From the NCBI RefSeq assembly GCF_018977255.1, contig NW_024704745.1, forward strand, positions 15,314,001 to 15,378,000: 64,000 bases of DNA, written 5' to 3'. Below, one piece after another: positions 37,101 to 50,049 of the stretch (position 1 is its first letter; each line of letters opens with the position of its first letter). Below the pieces are notes generated by a model. The model saw only the letters and a list, made by a program, of their open reading frames with translations. It made no database searches and was not told the origin of the DNA. Source of the DNA: Callorhinchus milii. Lineage: Eukaryota. A program made the position numbers and the translations under genes.

Positions 37101-38885
37101 TTTCTCCTATCTGGGAACTTTTTAAGGAAGCCTTTCAGCATTTCAGTAGCCTGCAGGTGCGATTCCGAATTGTACAAAGACAACGAAAGTAACAGCTGGT
37201 TGACAATGTTCATCAAACAATCTTCGATCTCTTTCAGATCGCCATCAAGTTGGAAGCCGTCCTTCCTGGTCGCCAAGCGAACGCAGATGTTTCTTAACTC
37301 CACGCTGAGCTACAAACAACAACAACAACAACAACAAGATTCCATTTATAAAGCGCCTTTCACGTCAGGAGGACGTCCCAAGGCGCTGCACAGTTGGGTC
37401 ATGACCCGAGCAGGGGGGAAATGGTCAGGGTGAGGGGAGGGAAGGGAGGGAGCGAGGAGGGGGAAATGGTCAGGGGGAGGGGAGGGGAGGGAGGGAGGAG
37501 GGGGGGTAATGGTCAGGGTGAGGGGAGGGAAGGGAGGGAGCGAGGAGGGGAAGAGAGTCGAGAGGGGAGCTGAAGGCTCGGTCAAAGAGAAAGGTTTTGA
37601 GACCGGCCTTGAAGGAGGAAAGGGAGGAAGCAAGGCGAAGGCACTGGGGGATGGAGTTCCAGAGCCTGGGGGCTGAGAGGCTGAAGGCCCAACCACCGAT
37701 GGTAGGGCGGTTGGGGCGGGGGACGTGGAGCAGACCGGAGCCAGAGGAACGGAGGGTACGGGCAGGTAGGTAGGGGGATAGTAGGTCGGAGAGATAGGAG
37801 GGAGCAAGGCCGTGAATGGCCTTGTAATAAACAATAAACAATTAAACAAGAAGATATATTAGCAAAATGCAAATATTGGATTTGCCAATTTTTGCCAATT
37901 CACCACACACACATTGAAAAAAATCAAATGCACAGCGCAAGCTGATTTATGTGTCTCGATCTGACATTGGCGGTCAGGTTTTTCTTGATTATTAATATTG
38001 GCAGTGAGATATTTACCAAAGCTGTACACTCAAACGGTGACACAGGTGAGCGAAGAGGTTTGCACTCCCTCGTTTTAAACAGCAAAGAGTTGCCATTATT
38101 TCTTCGCGCATCTGCTTTAAGGATGAGCGCGACAATAAAGTGGGTGTACACGTCGATGGGAAGTAGAAGTTTTCAGGACCTGTCGTGTCACCCCCCACCC
38201 CCTCTCCCCTCCCCCCTCCCTCCCTCTCCTTACCCACAAGATGCCCTCTCACCTTTAATTCCACAGGGAAGAAGTGTGGCTCCGGCAAAGGGCACAGTCC
38301 GCGCTGCTCCACGGCGGTCAGTTCGGAAGTCAGGTCCACGAAGCGGCTCAGTTTGCTCTCTCTGGCCATGTGGGCAATGGTCCGCCGGCTGTGCGGAGGA
38401 CCCGGCGGGTGGCGGGTGGCCGGGCAGGGCTGGTCCGGGCAGGGCTGGTCCGGACCAATGCATCGCTCGCTCTCCAGCCTCTGCCGCAGGGTCTTCAGAG
38501 CCACCCACTGGTGGTCGATGCACGTCTGCAAAGCGGCTGCTGGTCTGTGCATCGTCGAAGCAGCGGCAAAGATTCACTGCTGAGGGATGGGGTGGGATGG
38601 TGGGGGCATGTGGGTGGGGTGGGGGTGGGTGTGGATCGCTGCAAACTGCACTCCTCAATGAGTGCCCCCCCCCCACCGCCACCCCCTTGTTTTTGGTACC
38701 CCAGATCAGCTAAAAGTTTCTGCTCTCATCAGCCCCCTCACCAATAGCTTTCTGCCGCGTGTACACCCAAAGCGATAACACTTTTATCACTGGAAGAAGA
38801 CTTTGCATATATGGAGAGCATTTTTTTTTTGGGGGGGGTGGGATGGAGTTGTCACTCTGGGGGGGGCAGTAAAGCTATGCCTTAC

Positions 38886-41370
38886 TTTTCCAGATATGCA
38901 GGGTCTTGGGTATTCTTTAAAATATTCTAGGTTTGAGTGATCACATTGTTAGTGTCATTTCTGAGCAATATACAAGTGTGCTGATATCTCTCCATCTAAA
39001 GTGAACAGTAGCATATCTAAGATTGACTGTTCCCAGCAGATTTTACTCAGTCCAAAGCATATCTAATAAAAACAAGTTGCACAATTATATTTCCTCACAC
39101 ACACAATGTCAAATTATTTATTTTGTGTTTGCATGACATTAATTTCAGCTGAACTAGCATAGAAAAAAGGATACTTTATGAATGCCTGCAGAATTAAATT
39201 AATACAAAATCTTACCCTTTTTTCAATGCGTGTGTGGTGAATTGGCAAAAGATGCATAAACAGTGCAATGACTTGTAAGAAGTACAGTATAAGTAACACT
39301 AAGGTGATAAGCATTTCTTAAGAATTTGAAAGTGATGCATAATCCATTGGGAACAGCTCCAGCATGTCACCAAAGGTACATGTGATGATGTCCTTACATT
39401 GATGGCCTCCTTGTTCAGATTGTTTGAACCGCAGGATCTCTCAGACTTTCCAACTAACAGCAACTTGCATTTATACAGCATCCATCACTCAGGGCAGTAA
39501 CTCGGAGCATCTAAAAGTGGTGGAACCCAAACTGGGGGGAGAGAGGAGGTGACCGTAAGCACAGTCGAAGAGGAAGCGATCTAAAGAAAGGGGAAGGAGG
39601 GGGCAGGTGGGGGGATTGGGGAGAGAGAGTTCCAAAGCTTTGGGGGCAAATAACACATTATCTTACACTAAGAGCAATAAAACGATGATTCCAAATGATT
39701 TCTCCTATCTGGGAACTTTTTAAGGAAGCCTTTCAGCATTTCAGTAGCCTGCAGGTGCGATTCCGAATTGTACAAAGACAACGAAAGTAACAGCTGGTTG
39801 ACAATGTTCATCAAACAATCTTCGATCTCTTTCAGATCGCCATCAAGTTGGAAGCCGTCCTTCCTGGTCGCCAAGCGAACGCAGATGTTTCTTAACTCCA
39901 CGCTGAGCTACAAATCAAATAAACAAGAAGATCTATTAGCAAAATGCAAATATTGGATTTGCCAATTTTTGCCAATTCACCACACACGCGTTGAATCAAA
40001 TGCACAGCGCGAGCTGATTTATGTGTCTCGATCTGACATTGGCGGTCAGGTTTTTCTTGATTATTAATATTGGCAGTGAGATATTTACCAAAGCTGTACA
40101 CTCAAACGGTGACACAGGTGAGCGAAGAGGTTTGCACTCCCGTGTTTTAAACAGCAAAGAGTTGCCATTATTTCTTCGCGCATCTGCTTTAAGGATGAGC
40201 GCGACAATAAAGTGGGTGTACACGTCGATGGGAAGTAGAAGTTTTCAGGACCTGTCCTGTGTGTCACCCCCCACCCCCTCTCCCCCTCCCTCCCTCCCCT
40301 TACCCACAAGATGCCCCTCTCACCTTTAATTCCACAGGGAAGAAGTGTGGCTCCGGCAAAGGGCACAGTCCGCGCTGCTCCACGGCGGTCAGTTCGGAAG
40401 TCAGGTCCACGAAGCGGCTCAGTTTGCTCTCTCTGGCCATGTGGGCAATGGTCCGCCGGCTGTGCGGAGGACCCGGCGGGTGGCGGGTGGCCGGGCAGGG
40501 CTGGTCCGGGCTGGGCTGGTCCGGCCCAATGCATCGCTCGCTCTCCAGCCTCTGCCGCAGGGTCTTCAGAGCCACCCACTGGTGGTCGATGCACGTCTGC
40601 AAAGCGGCTGCTGGTCTGTGCATCGTCGAAGCAGCGGCAAAGATTCACTGCTGAGGGATGGGGTGGGATGGGGTGGGGTGGGGGTGGGGGTGGATCGCTG
40701 CAAACTGCACTCCTCAATGAGTGTCCCCCCCCCCCCGCCGCCACCCCCTTGTTTTTGGTACCCCAGATCAGCTAAAAGTTTCTGCTCTCATCAGCCCCCT
40801 CACCAATAGCTTTCTGCCGCGTGTACTCCCAAAGCGATAACACTTTTATCACTGGAAGAAGACTTTGCATATATGGAGAGCATTTTTTTTTGGGAGGGGT
40901 GGGATGGGGTGCGGTGGGGGGATGAAAAGAACCAGCAAAGTTACCGACAGGGACGTTTCCAGTTGCTAAAAGATTTCACCAGCAAATCCCAATTAGGCAG
41001 CAAAGAAAAAAAAATACCCCCCCCCCCCTTCTCCCCCACACCCACCCCCCACACACCCTTTTTCCATCAATGTGATTTGGTTACATCGAGTTTACATAGC
41101 AATACATCTATCTTGAAGCACATGGGTGTTTTGACTGAATCGCCTGAATTAGACGTTATTGCGATCACACCCAGTCTGCACCGCCTGTTTTCGTTCACGA
41201 ATTGCTGGTCAATTCAAATGCAAAAATCGAGACGATGGGTTTGGCGTTGTAGTTATTCATTGCCAGGAAAGACCCTTTGAAAGAAGCGTCTGGCGCTTCA
41301 AGGGAAGCTGTCTGCAGGAGGTGACAAACTGCTGCAGTTTGATGATCAGCAGCTGAACCGAGATACCTGG
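38886..41370 (-). pseudogene. Disrupted multi-exon gene of unknown family (least rearranged copy; paralogous copies at ~1-3970, ~25510-29555, ~35260-38820)
   Basis: Co-oriented AG/GT-bounded protein-like segments: 40324-40650 (donor GTGAGA), 40089-40251 (GTAAAT), 39667-39902 (GTAAGA), 38886-38995 (GTAAGG). They contain in-frame stops and frameshifts. I do not recognise the protein. Confidence 0.5.
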
Positions 41371-41780
41371 ATTCAAGGATCACAACTCTCGATTTGATGT
41401 ACTGCAATACAGTCTGTGGCACAAACTGCCACAATAATCCCTCCAAAACCCCAAACAATAATAAATCGGTCATTTTCAACCTACGAATGTCTGTGGGACA
41501 TTGCTGTGCCCGCAATTGGCTGCCGCGTTCGCCCACAAATATACAGTCAATTCACTTTACAGTGTGTTCTGTGAAGCGCTTTGGGACGTCCTCCCGACGT
41601 GAAAAGCGCTATATCAAATGCAAGGATTATTATTATTATTAACAGAAAAAAAATACCGTGCGTGCTCAATATTAGAGGTGCTGCATTAAGTGCCAAGTAT
41701 TAAACATGAAGCAAATCAGTCCTCCCACTTTACATTTCATAATTGAGCAAGCTGTGCGTTGTAAAATTAAGCTGGATCCA

Positions 41781-42070
41781 AATAATAATAATAATAATAA
41801 CAATAACAATCCTTGCATTTGATACAGCACCTTATCACGTCGTTGAAACGTCTAAAAGCGCTTCACAGTATATACTATAAATTGGATTGGCTGTGCATTT
41901 TTGTGGACGAAATGCAGCAGCGAAGCCGATTTGCGTGCAGCAATAACCCACAAAAAAACAGCCATGGAGTGAGTGATCAATTTAAAAATATATATATGTA
42001 TTTTGGGAGATTGTTGGCCAGGCCACTGGGAGAAACACCCCTCTGTTTTAGAATAGCGCCGTGGAATCTT
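41781..42070 (-). mobile_element. Diverged SINE fragment
   Basis: (AAT)n-CCTTGCATTTGATACAGC tail and central-domain similarity to the other SINE copies. Confidence 0.7.
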
Positions 42071-42074
42071 TACA

Positions 42075-42370
42075 ACAACAACTTGCGGTTATTTAGCACC
42101 CTTCACACAGGGTAGTGTCTCGGAGCGCTTCACAGTGGCGGGGTCTGACTCTGAGCCAGGAGGAGGGGAGAAGGGGAGAGGCGACTGGGTCAAAGAGGAA
42201 GGTCTTCAGGCATGATCTGAAAATGGGGAAGAAGGGGTTAAGGCAGAGGGATTGAGGGAGAGAGTTCCAAAGTTTCAGGGCGAGGTGACTGAAAGCACAG
42301 CCGCCGATGGTGAAGCACTGGGGACGAGGGACAAGCAGGATGCCAGAGCCAGCCGAGCAGAGGCCATTCT
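42075..42370 (-). mobile_element. L2 LINE 3' fragment
   Basis: Similar to the 3' part of the element at 1971-2490; (CAA)n tail. Confidence 0.65.
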
Positions 42371-43469
42371 GTGTTGGAATCTTGCCCTGTTTCCTTCAAC
42401 ATTTCAAAACCGACATTTTTAGACCCAAACCTGGAATATGAAGTGTAGAAAATAGGGACTCTCAGTTGGAGGCTTTAAAATCAGACCAAAAAGGACAGAA
42501 AACAGATCACATATAAACTATAGGTTAAACCTGAGGTCTTTTTTTTTCGGGTGCTAATTGATATATCCAGACACAGCATTGTCTAATTTTATTACAATTT
42601 ACAAGTCAAAGGAAAATATATATATTTCTCTGTCTTTTTATTATCCATATCAGCCTGTTATAGTTTTTTTTAGCATTCTGAACAGGAAAAATTATTGGGA
42701 TTAAATTACATCTGGGCCTAGATTTTAACTGCTAACATAGGATTTCAGAGTATGCAGAATCTGACAAATTGCTGAGTTCAGTTTTAACTTTGAAGCTTGT
42801 CTTCTGTAGTTCTTAAAAAAAACCTCACAGAAAACCAGCTTCAAGTGTAAAGACTGTATTTAAGAATTTGACAAATTCTGGACAATGAAATGTTATGTTA
42901 ATTAAGTAAATCTAGACTCCGGTGGAATTTCTACCCACACGTCTATCTTGAGCAGTGAAATACATCTTCAGAGTGTTCAATGTGGTTAATGTGAAACAGT
43001 ATTACTTAACCTTTGTATTGAGCCACAATTTTGAGTAATATATGTTATTGCATGAATAATTTGGAGCTTCCTTCAGTAAACATATCTATTTATTCTATGT
43101 GCACCTACCTATAAAGCCTATCTAAAAGGCATGATGAAAAAATCAATCATATATTTTTTAAAAATACATTTGTTTTAGTGTTTGGAGTTTGACTTATCTT
43201 ATTCCGCTATTTAACTTTTTAATAGATTTTCTCCTCCAAATTTCAACTCTCCTCACCTGCAGGTGACTCTTTTTCTGGGCATCAGGCATCACGGCACCAA
43301 GCTCCCTCTGGTAGCCATTATTTATGTGAGCTCCCACATTGAATGTTCTATTCGACTGCATGGTTCCTGTCCTCACCAACATCCACATGCATGCATCTTC
43401 CGGCAGGGGAATATGGATTGCAATCGGGAACAGAAGGACAGACTTTATAGAATTAGATTTTAATGGCAA

Positions 43470-44132
43470 GCTATGCCCGACTCCGCCACTACCTCACTCC
43501 TCAGGCCGCTGAACCTCTCGTTCATGTCTTCATCACCTCCAAGCATTTATGCAAATGCCCTGCTTGTTGGCCTTCCCAACTCCTCCCTCCACAGGCTGCA
43601 GATAATCCAGAACTCTGCAGCCCGTGTCCTCTTCCGCACCAAACTCCGTGACCCCATCTCCCCCATTCTCACCCGACTCCATTGGCTCCTTATCCTTCAG
43701 AGGATCCAGTTCAAGATCTTGGTCCTCACATACAAAGCCCTCCATGGCCTCACCCCCACCCTACCTCTGCGACCTCCTAGCCCCCTACCAACCCACCCGT
43801 TCCCTACACTCAGCCGGTTCTGCCCTGCTCCATGTCCCCCGACCCACCCACCCCACCATTGGCGGGAGAACCTTCAGCCACTCTGCCCCCAACTTCTGGA
43901 ATTCCATCCCCCAATCACTCCGCCTCACCCCCTCCTGAGCCTCCTTCAAGTCCCGCCTCAAGACCCTCCTCTTTGACGATGCCATCGGTCAACCCCTTCC
44001 CCTCCCCTCCCTTAACCCCCCCCCCCAACCCCAGCTCAGGTCTGAAATGCTGTACTCTGTCCAGCGCCTTGGGACGTCTTCCCGATGTGAAAGGTGCTAT
44101 ACAAATGTAATCTTGTTGTTGCTGTTGTTGTT
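43470..44132 (+). mobile_element. L2 LINE 3' fragment with (TGT)n tail
   Basis: YANALLVGLP...LQIIQNSAARVL...LHWL...IQFKILVLTYKALHGL; frameshifted. Confidence 0.9.
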
Positions 44133-44403
44133 TTAGCTAGTTAGACTCCAGGAATAGTCCAATGGACACTCTGGGGTCCCCAAGCCCTTGTCTCTTGCTA
44201 ACCTGTGCCTAATATTTTCCGCAATAAGGTAAACAGGATGCATCCCTCCAGGGAGAGAGTGCTCATTCCATTCCAACAATCTATCTCTGGGATTTCTATG
44301 TGTAGGTGGGATGGGTGGGATTCTCAGTTTGGATTAGATACTCTTAAGCATGGTGATGGGTTTCCGCATGTGTCGGACACCCGGCTGACCCAAACATTGA
44401 CTC

Positions 44404-44540
44404 AGTTCTGACGAAAGGTCATTAACCTGAAACATTAACAAATTTTCTTCCCTCCACGGATGCTACCTGATCTGCTGTGTGTTCCCAGCGACTTCTGTGT
44501 TTATACCAGATTTCCACCATCTGCAGTACTTTGCCTTTCA
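44404..44540 (+). mobile_element. Penelope-like element terminal remnant with a decayed hammerhead core
   Basis: CTGACGA-A-AGGT(CATTA)ACCT-GAAA followed by GGATGCTACCTGATCTGCTG...CAGATTTCCACCATCTGCAGTA, resembling shark Penelope-type ends as recalled. Confidence 0.6.
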
Positions 44541-44789
44541 AAAATGTATAGATTTGGGGAGGGGCTAAGCCCATTGTTGCCCTAGTCACCTGCCACCTAT
44601 GATCTTGTCCTCAGTTAAAGAGTCCAACTAAGTTTAATTACAATTTTGAAGTTTTTGAGAATTTATTAAATATAATCCTTAACATTTCCACTAAATGGCG
44701 CAATTTACTTTACTTATTAATGAGCAGGTCAGAATATTGATTAAATGAATTGTAGTGAGACAGTCACAGCCAAGGTACAACAATGACAA

Positions 44790-45327
44790 TTAACATTTAT
44801 ATAGCGGCTTTCATGTTGTGAGGACATCTCAAAGCTCTTCACAGATCTTAATGAGAGCATAGGCTGGGGTTGGGGGAGCTCAGGAAGATGAAAGGTGATC
44901 AAAAGTGTGGTCATAGAGAAAGGTCTTGAGGCAGGCTTTAATGATGGGGAGGGAGGGGCAGAGATGGAGGGACTGCAGGATGGAATTCCAGAGAGCAGGG
45001 ACAGAATGGCTGGAAGCTTTCCCATTCATGGTGCGGACTTGAAGCAGGCCAGTTCGCTGAGAGGAAAGAGTAACCATAATGGTAGGGTTGCAGGAGGTCA
45101 TAGAGGTAGGGTCGGGCGAGGCCGTGGAGAGATTTGAACGCAGGGACTAGGATGTTGAATCCAATTCACCGGGGAATGGGGAGCCAGTGAAGTTGAGCGA
45201 GGATGGGCTGGGCTGTGCGATAGGCTTGTGGTGCTGGGTGAGGAATAGGACATGAGTTTTGGATGGTCTGAAGCTTGTGTAGGGATAAACAATTAGCTGG
45301 GGGAGTCTGGAGAGCAGAGCCTTTGAA
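44790..45327 (-). mobile_element. L2 LINE 3' fragment
   Basis: LHKLQTIQNS...PILAQLHWLP...SVPALWNSILQSL...IKACLKTFLYD across frames. Confidence 0.8.
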
Positions 45328-45331
45328 TATT

Positions 45332-45650
45332 AATAATAATAATAATCCTTGCATTTGATATAGCGCTTTTCACGTCGGGAGGACGTCCCAAAGCGCTTCA
45401 CAGAACACACTGTAAAGTGAATTGACTGTATATTTGTGGGCGAACGCGGCAGCCAATTGCGCACAGCAATGTCCCACAAACAGTCGTAGATTGAAAATGA
45501 CCAATTTAATTATTGTTTTTGGTTTTTGGAGGGATTATTATTAGGCGTGTGGAGTAAGGAAACTTGCCCAAGGTTTCGCCCTGCCTGGAATTGAACTCAG
45601 GTCTCTCGCTCGCAAAGCGAGTGCTCTAACCACTGAGCTACAGGACTCCA
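45332..45650 (-). mobile_element. Full-length tRNA-derived SINE
   Basis: Reverse-complement copy of the 62607-62924 element. Confidence 0.92.
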
Positions 45651-46351
45651 CATTTAAGCTGGTAGTGAGTGAAGCTTTCATTTAATTTAATAACTTACTT
45701 TATTGCTTAGTCATTTGATGGTATGTTATTTGTTTTATTAAACAGGAAAGTGGGATAGAAAAGGGTGATTTTGGAAAACAGTTGGCAGTGGAACTGAAAC
45801 GATGGTCTGCCTTATGTGCAGAACATTTCTATGGTTCTCTAAAGATATGAAAATAATCCTTGTACTATTTGATTTAATGCCTGCACACAGCAGCATACAA
45901 GGGATCCCACAAGATTCTCACTGACACCTGAGTAATCCAGCTTTTAGCAGGGCTGGATCTCCTGCAGTACTGACACATACCAGTAGGAACCGCTCCCGAC
46001 CTTCTGATTTTTGAGTACAGTATTGAAAAATCCAGAAGTTTAAACTTCTGAACATTAAAACAACCTGATCATCATCATTCGCTACTTTGATACAGTTGGT
46101 AGTCTCTTGTCTCTGAGTTAGAAGACAGTAGGCATTTGGACTTGAGGTACAACCATGATCTTATAGAATGGCTGAAAGGCTCGAGGGGCTGAATGGTCTG
46201 CTTCTGAATGGCTGCTTCTGCGTTTCTACAATGTATTCTGCGAAGCGCTTTGAGATGTCATGAAGACGCGATAAAGCACTGTATCAAATGCAAGGATTAT
46301 TATTATAATATGTAATAATTATTATAATAATATTATTATTATAGATGGTGA

Positions 46352-46927
46352 TTACGCAAATTCCCTGGTTGTTGGCCTTTTCAACTCCTCCCTCCATAGG
46401 CTGCAGATCATTCAGAACTCTGCAGCCCATGTCCTCTCCCGCACCAGGCTCTAAAACTCTATCACCCCCATCCTCGCCGCCCAACTCCACTGGCTTCCCA
46501 TCACACTGAGGATGCAGTCCAAGATCCTTCAAAGCCCTCCATGGCTTTGCTCCCCCCTAGCTCTGTGACCTTCTAACCTCCTACCAAACTGCCCGCTCCT
46601 TCTGCTCAAAAGACTCCAGCCTGCTTCACGTCCCCTGCCTCACTTGCCCCACTATTGGCGGGTGGGCCTTCTGCCATTCTGTTCCCACTCTCTGGAACTC
46701 CATCCTGCAGTCCCTCCGCATAACCCCCTCCCTTGCTTCCTTCAAGACCTGTCTCAAGACCCTCTTGTTCGACCGTGCCATCAGGCACCCTCCTACCCCC
46801 TGCCCTCCACCCTCCCCGATCCTGACCTCCAGCTCGGGTCTGAAACACTGATCGTCCAGCACCTTGGGACGTCCTCCCAACGTGAAAGGCGCTATAGAGA
46901 TGTAATTTTGTTTTTGTTGTTGTTGTA
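46352..46927 (+). mobile_element. L2 LINE 3' fragment
   Basis: Paralogous to 43470-44132; TGTTGT tail. Confidence 0.85.
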
Positions 46928-49348
46928 TTGACTCCATACCCCCACACCGCTCCTATCCACCCAGCTGTCACATTTGACCTCTCTGTTAGCCTACATTATT
47001 AACCTTTCCCTTTCCTCTGGCACAGTACTTACTTTCCCCCTTCAAAACTGCTGTCATTATCCTCTATCAGAAATGTTGAAATTTTGGATTCACATTCGTG
47101 ATCTTATTAAATGGCGGAGCAGGTGCCAGGGGCCGAATGGCCTACTCCTGCTCCTACATCTTATGGTTTCTTAGCATTCAAGTCGCTCAGAGACTGTATC
47201 CCAGACAGGGCATAATACCCATCCTGGATCAAGATATTCTACCAAATGGCTTTTATTCAGTCTCTTCAGACAAGTAGTATAGTCACTTAAAATTAGGAAC
47301 TGTATCAGTTCACCCCAGGATGAGCAGGCAAATGACACAAAAAGCTTAACAATTTCAGTTCATACAGTCGGCAGCAACTAAGTCAATTTAATCAGCAGGA
47401 ACGACTAAGCCAAAGAGAACCACAGAGTTTAATTCCTCTCGGTCCCAAGAAATGGCTGGATTTATTAATAATAATCCTTGCGTTTGATATAGTGCTATAT
47501 CACATCTTCGAGACATCTCAATGTGCTTCACAGAGTATACTGTAAAGTGAATTGACTATATTTTGTAAGCAAAATATTAGCTGGAGTTACACAGTTTCTT
47601 TCACTGAACACAGGTCTCAGACCATATTTCTCAGCGCGAAAGCTCTTTCCTCACTCCTGGGCACCTAACTTCTCTCTCTCTTACAGTTCAGTAGAATTTC
47701 GCTCCCTCCCCTCCCCACAGACTCTCTTCTTGTTGTGTTCAGCCAAGTGTCTGACACATGTGGAAACCCATCAGTATACTGAAGAGTATCCAAACCAGAC
47801 TGACAGTTCCACATATGCATGCCACCTGCGCATGGAAATTTCCCTGTATCTGGAATGGAATGTTCACTCTCTCTCTGGAGGAATTGAACCTACTTACCTA
47901 ATTCCAGAAGATTTTAGAAGCAAGTTGGCAAGAAGCAAGGCTTCAGGGGACCCCAGAATGTGCATTGAAGTACCTCTGGAGCTTAAACAAATAATGGCTT
48001 GTCATTGACAACACTGTCTGGCAAGCTTCCTGCTCCTTGTTCTCCCCACCTTTAAATCCCAAATTAAGACATTTCATTTTGATTGCACTTTTAGACAACC
48101 CCCACCAACATCCTCAGCTCCCCCACTCCCTTAGCTCCCCAATCCCCTCAGCTCCCCCACCAAGAGCTCTCAGTCAACTCGGTGAAGCACTTTGAAACAT
48201 CCTCCCGAAGTGAAAGGCACCGTGTAAGTGCAAAATTATTGTTGTCCAGTTAGGATCACCCTTCCCATAAGATAGCTTTGTCATGCTATCTTAACAAAAG
48301 TTGAGCAAGAAGGATCCCTGGCTCTATTAACTGATATTTGTCCTGCCAACAAGCCAGGCTGTCTGGTCTGTGATGAGTAGTGTTTTGGAGTTCTGCAGAT
48401 TCAGCCTGGCCTGGCACGGAAACTGGACTACCAACACTGCCACAGAGGGTTGATTTGATCTTGGTATTTCATTGGCAAGCACATAATCTTGGATCCAGTT
48501 AAACCCCTAGGAGATGCACCCCCCACACTCTCCTGCCCAACCCAGGGAGAATAGCTCTCTTCTTAACCCATCTACCCAGAGGAAATAGACATTCCCCAGT
48601 TACCATAGTTATACAAATAGAACAAAAGGCAGCTGGGCTGATTTCCTTGGAGACATTACAAGTTGATTACTTCTGGCTACCTGGCCAATCTTCAATCTGC
48701 TGGCAGATCAGAATTCAAAATGGCTATTTGCATGCAAAATAGCATAGTTACATTGTCGGGAGGTTGCCTTGTTATCCCCAGGAGGCTTCCTGCCACCTGA
48801 AACATGATAAGTACAGCAACATTAACATTAGTAAATGCAAGGATTATTATTAGTATGATACAATGCGTCTGGTCCTTTGAAATAGAGCATATCAGGTTGT
48901 GGAAGGATCAAATAATGTTTTATGCATTGATTCCACTTGGGACAGCTATTTAATTTCATCCTCCCCCACCTTCTCAAAAAAAACACTTAGACCATCCAAA
49001 ATTTCCAGTATATCACCCCTCGCCAACCAGCCCTTCCTCTACAAGATGCTAAAATGCATCACTGCCTCCTAGCTCCTTACTCCAACACAAATCTGGCTTC
49101 TTCCCCACCCACAGTACGAGGCAGCCCTCGTCAAAGTCACCAATGACATTGTCCCTGTCTGTGATCCGGACTGCCTGTGCCTCCTTGTTGTCTGTGCTGC
49201 TCTCAACACTGTTAAAAAAATCTACCCTTCTCCATCATCTCCCCTCACTGGTACACCTCCTGGCTTCACACTCTTCTGGTCTCACTCGTACCCGTCCCAG
49301 CAACTTTACCGAAGCCACATGCTACATGTAATATTCCAGTCCTCTTTT

Positions 49349-49677
49349 AATAATAATAATATAATATAATAATCCTTGCATTTGATATAGCGCTTTTCAC
49401 GTCTTCTCAACATCTCAAAGCGCTTCACAGAAGAGACTCTAAAGTGAATTGATTGTATATTTGAGGGCAAAACGCAGCAGCCAATTGCACACAGCAGTGT
49501 CCCACAAACAGTCGTGTATTGAAAATGACCAATTTATTATTATTGTTTTATTTTGGAGGGATTATTATTAGGCATGTGGAGTAAGGAAACTTGCCCAAAG
49601 TTTCGCCCTGCCTGGAATTGAACCCAGGTGTCTCGCATGCAAGGCGAGTGCTCTAACCACTGAGCTACAGGACTCCA
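49349..49677 (-). mobile_element. Full-length tRNA-derived SINE
   Basis: Same family as 62607-62924. Confidence 0.9.
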
Positions 49678-49720
49678 CTTTTCTTCATCTACATCAGCCC
49701 CCTTGGTGACATCATCCTCA

Positions 49721-50049
49721 AAAATAATAATAACAATCTCAAATATAATGTAAAGTCAACTTACTGTACATTTTGGGGGTGAAACATGGCAGCCAATTCC
49801 ACACAGCAGTGTTCCACAACAGTTGTTAATTGAATGACCAATTTATTATCCATTTATTTGTTTTTTTGAAGGAATTATTACACCCGGAAAAGCGATCTGC
49901 CAATTGACTAAAAAACGGGTTCCTACTTACTCTAGGTAAACAGAGGAATGTGGAGCAAGGAAACTTGCCCAAAGTTTCGCCCTGTCTGGGAATCAAACCC
50001 AGGTCCTGTCGCTTGCGAGGTGAGTGCTCTAACCACTAAGCTGTAGGAC
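49721..50049 (-). mobile_element. tRNA-derived SINE (related subfamily, internally deleted)
   Basis: tRNA-like head and central domain. Confidence 0.8.

Larger units (their letters stand above)
24187..41695. repeat. Tandem segmental duplication, macro-period ~9.75 kb (24421 = 34171), with internal re-duplications
   Basis: Near-identical blocks D-B-A-C recur, and the ORF track repeats at matching offsets (25547/35296, 26768/36516/39114, 27322/37070/39668, 29262/30541/31824). Confidence 0.97.
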
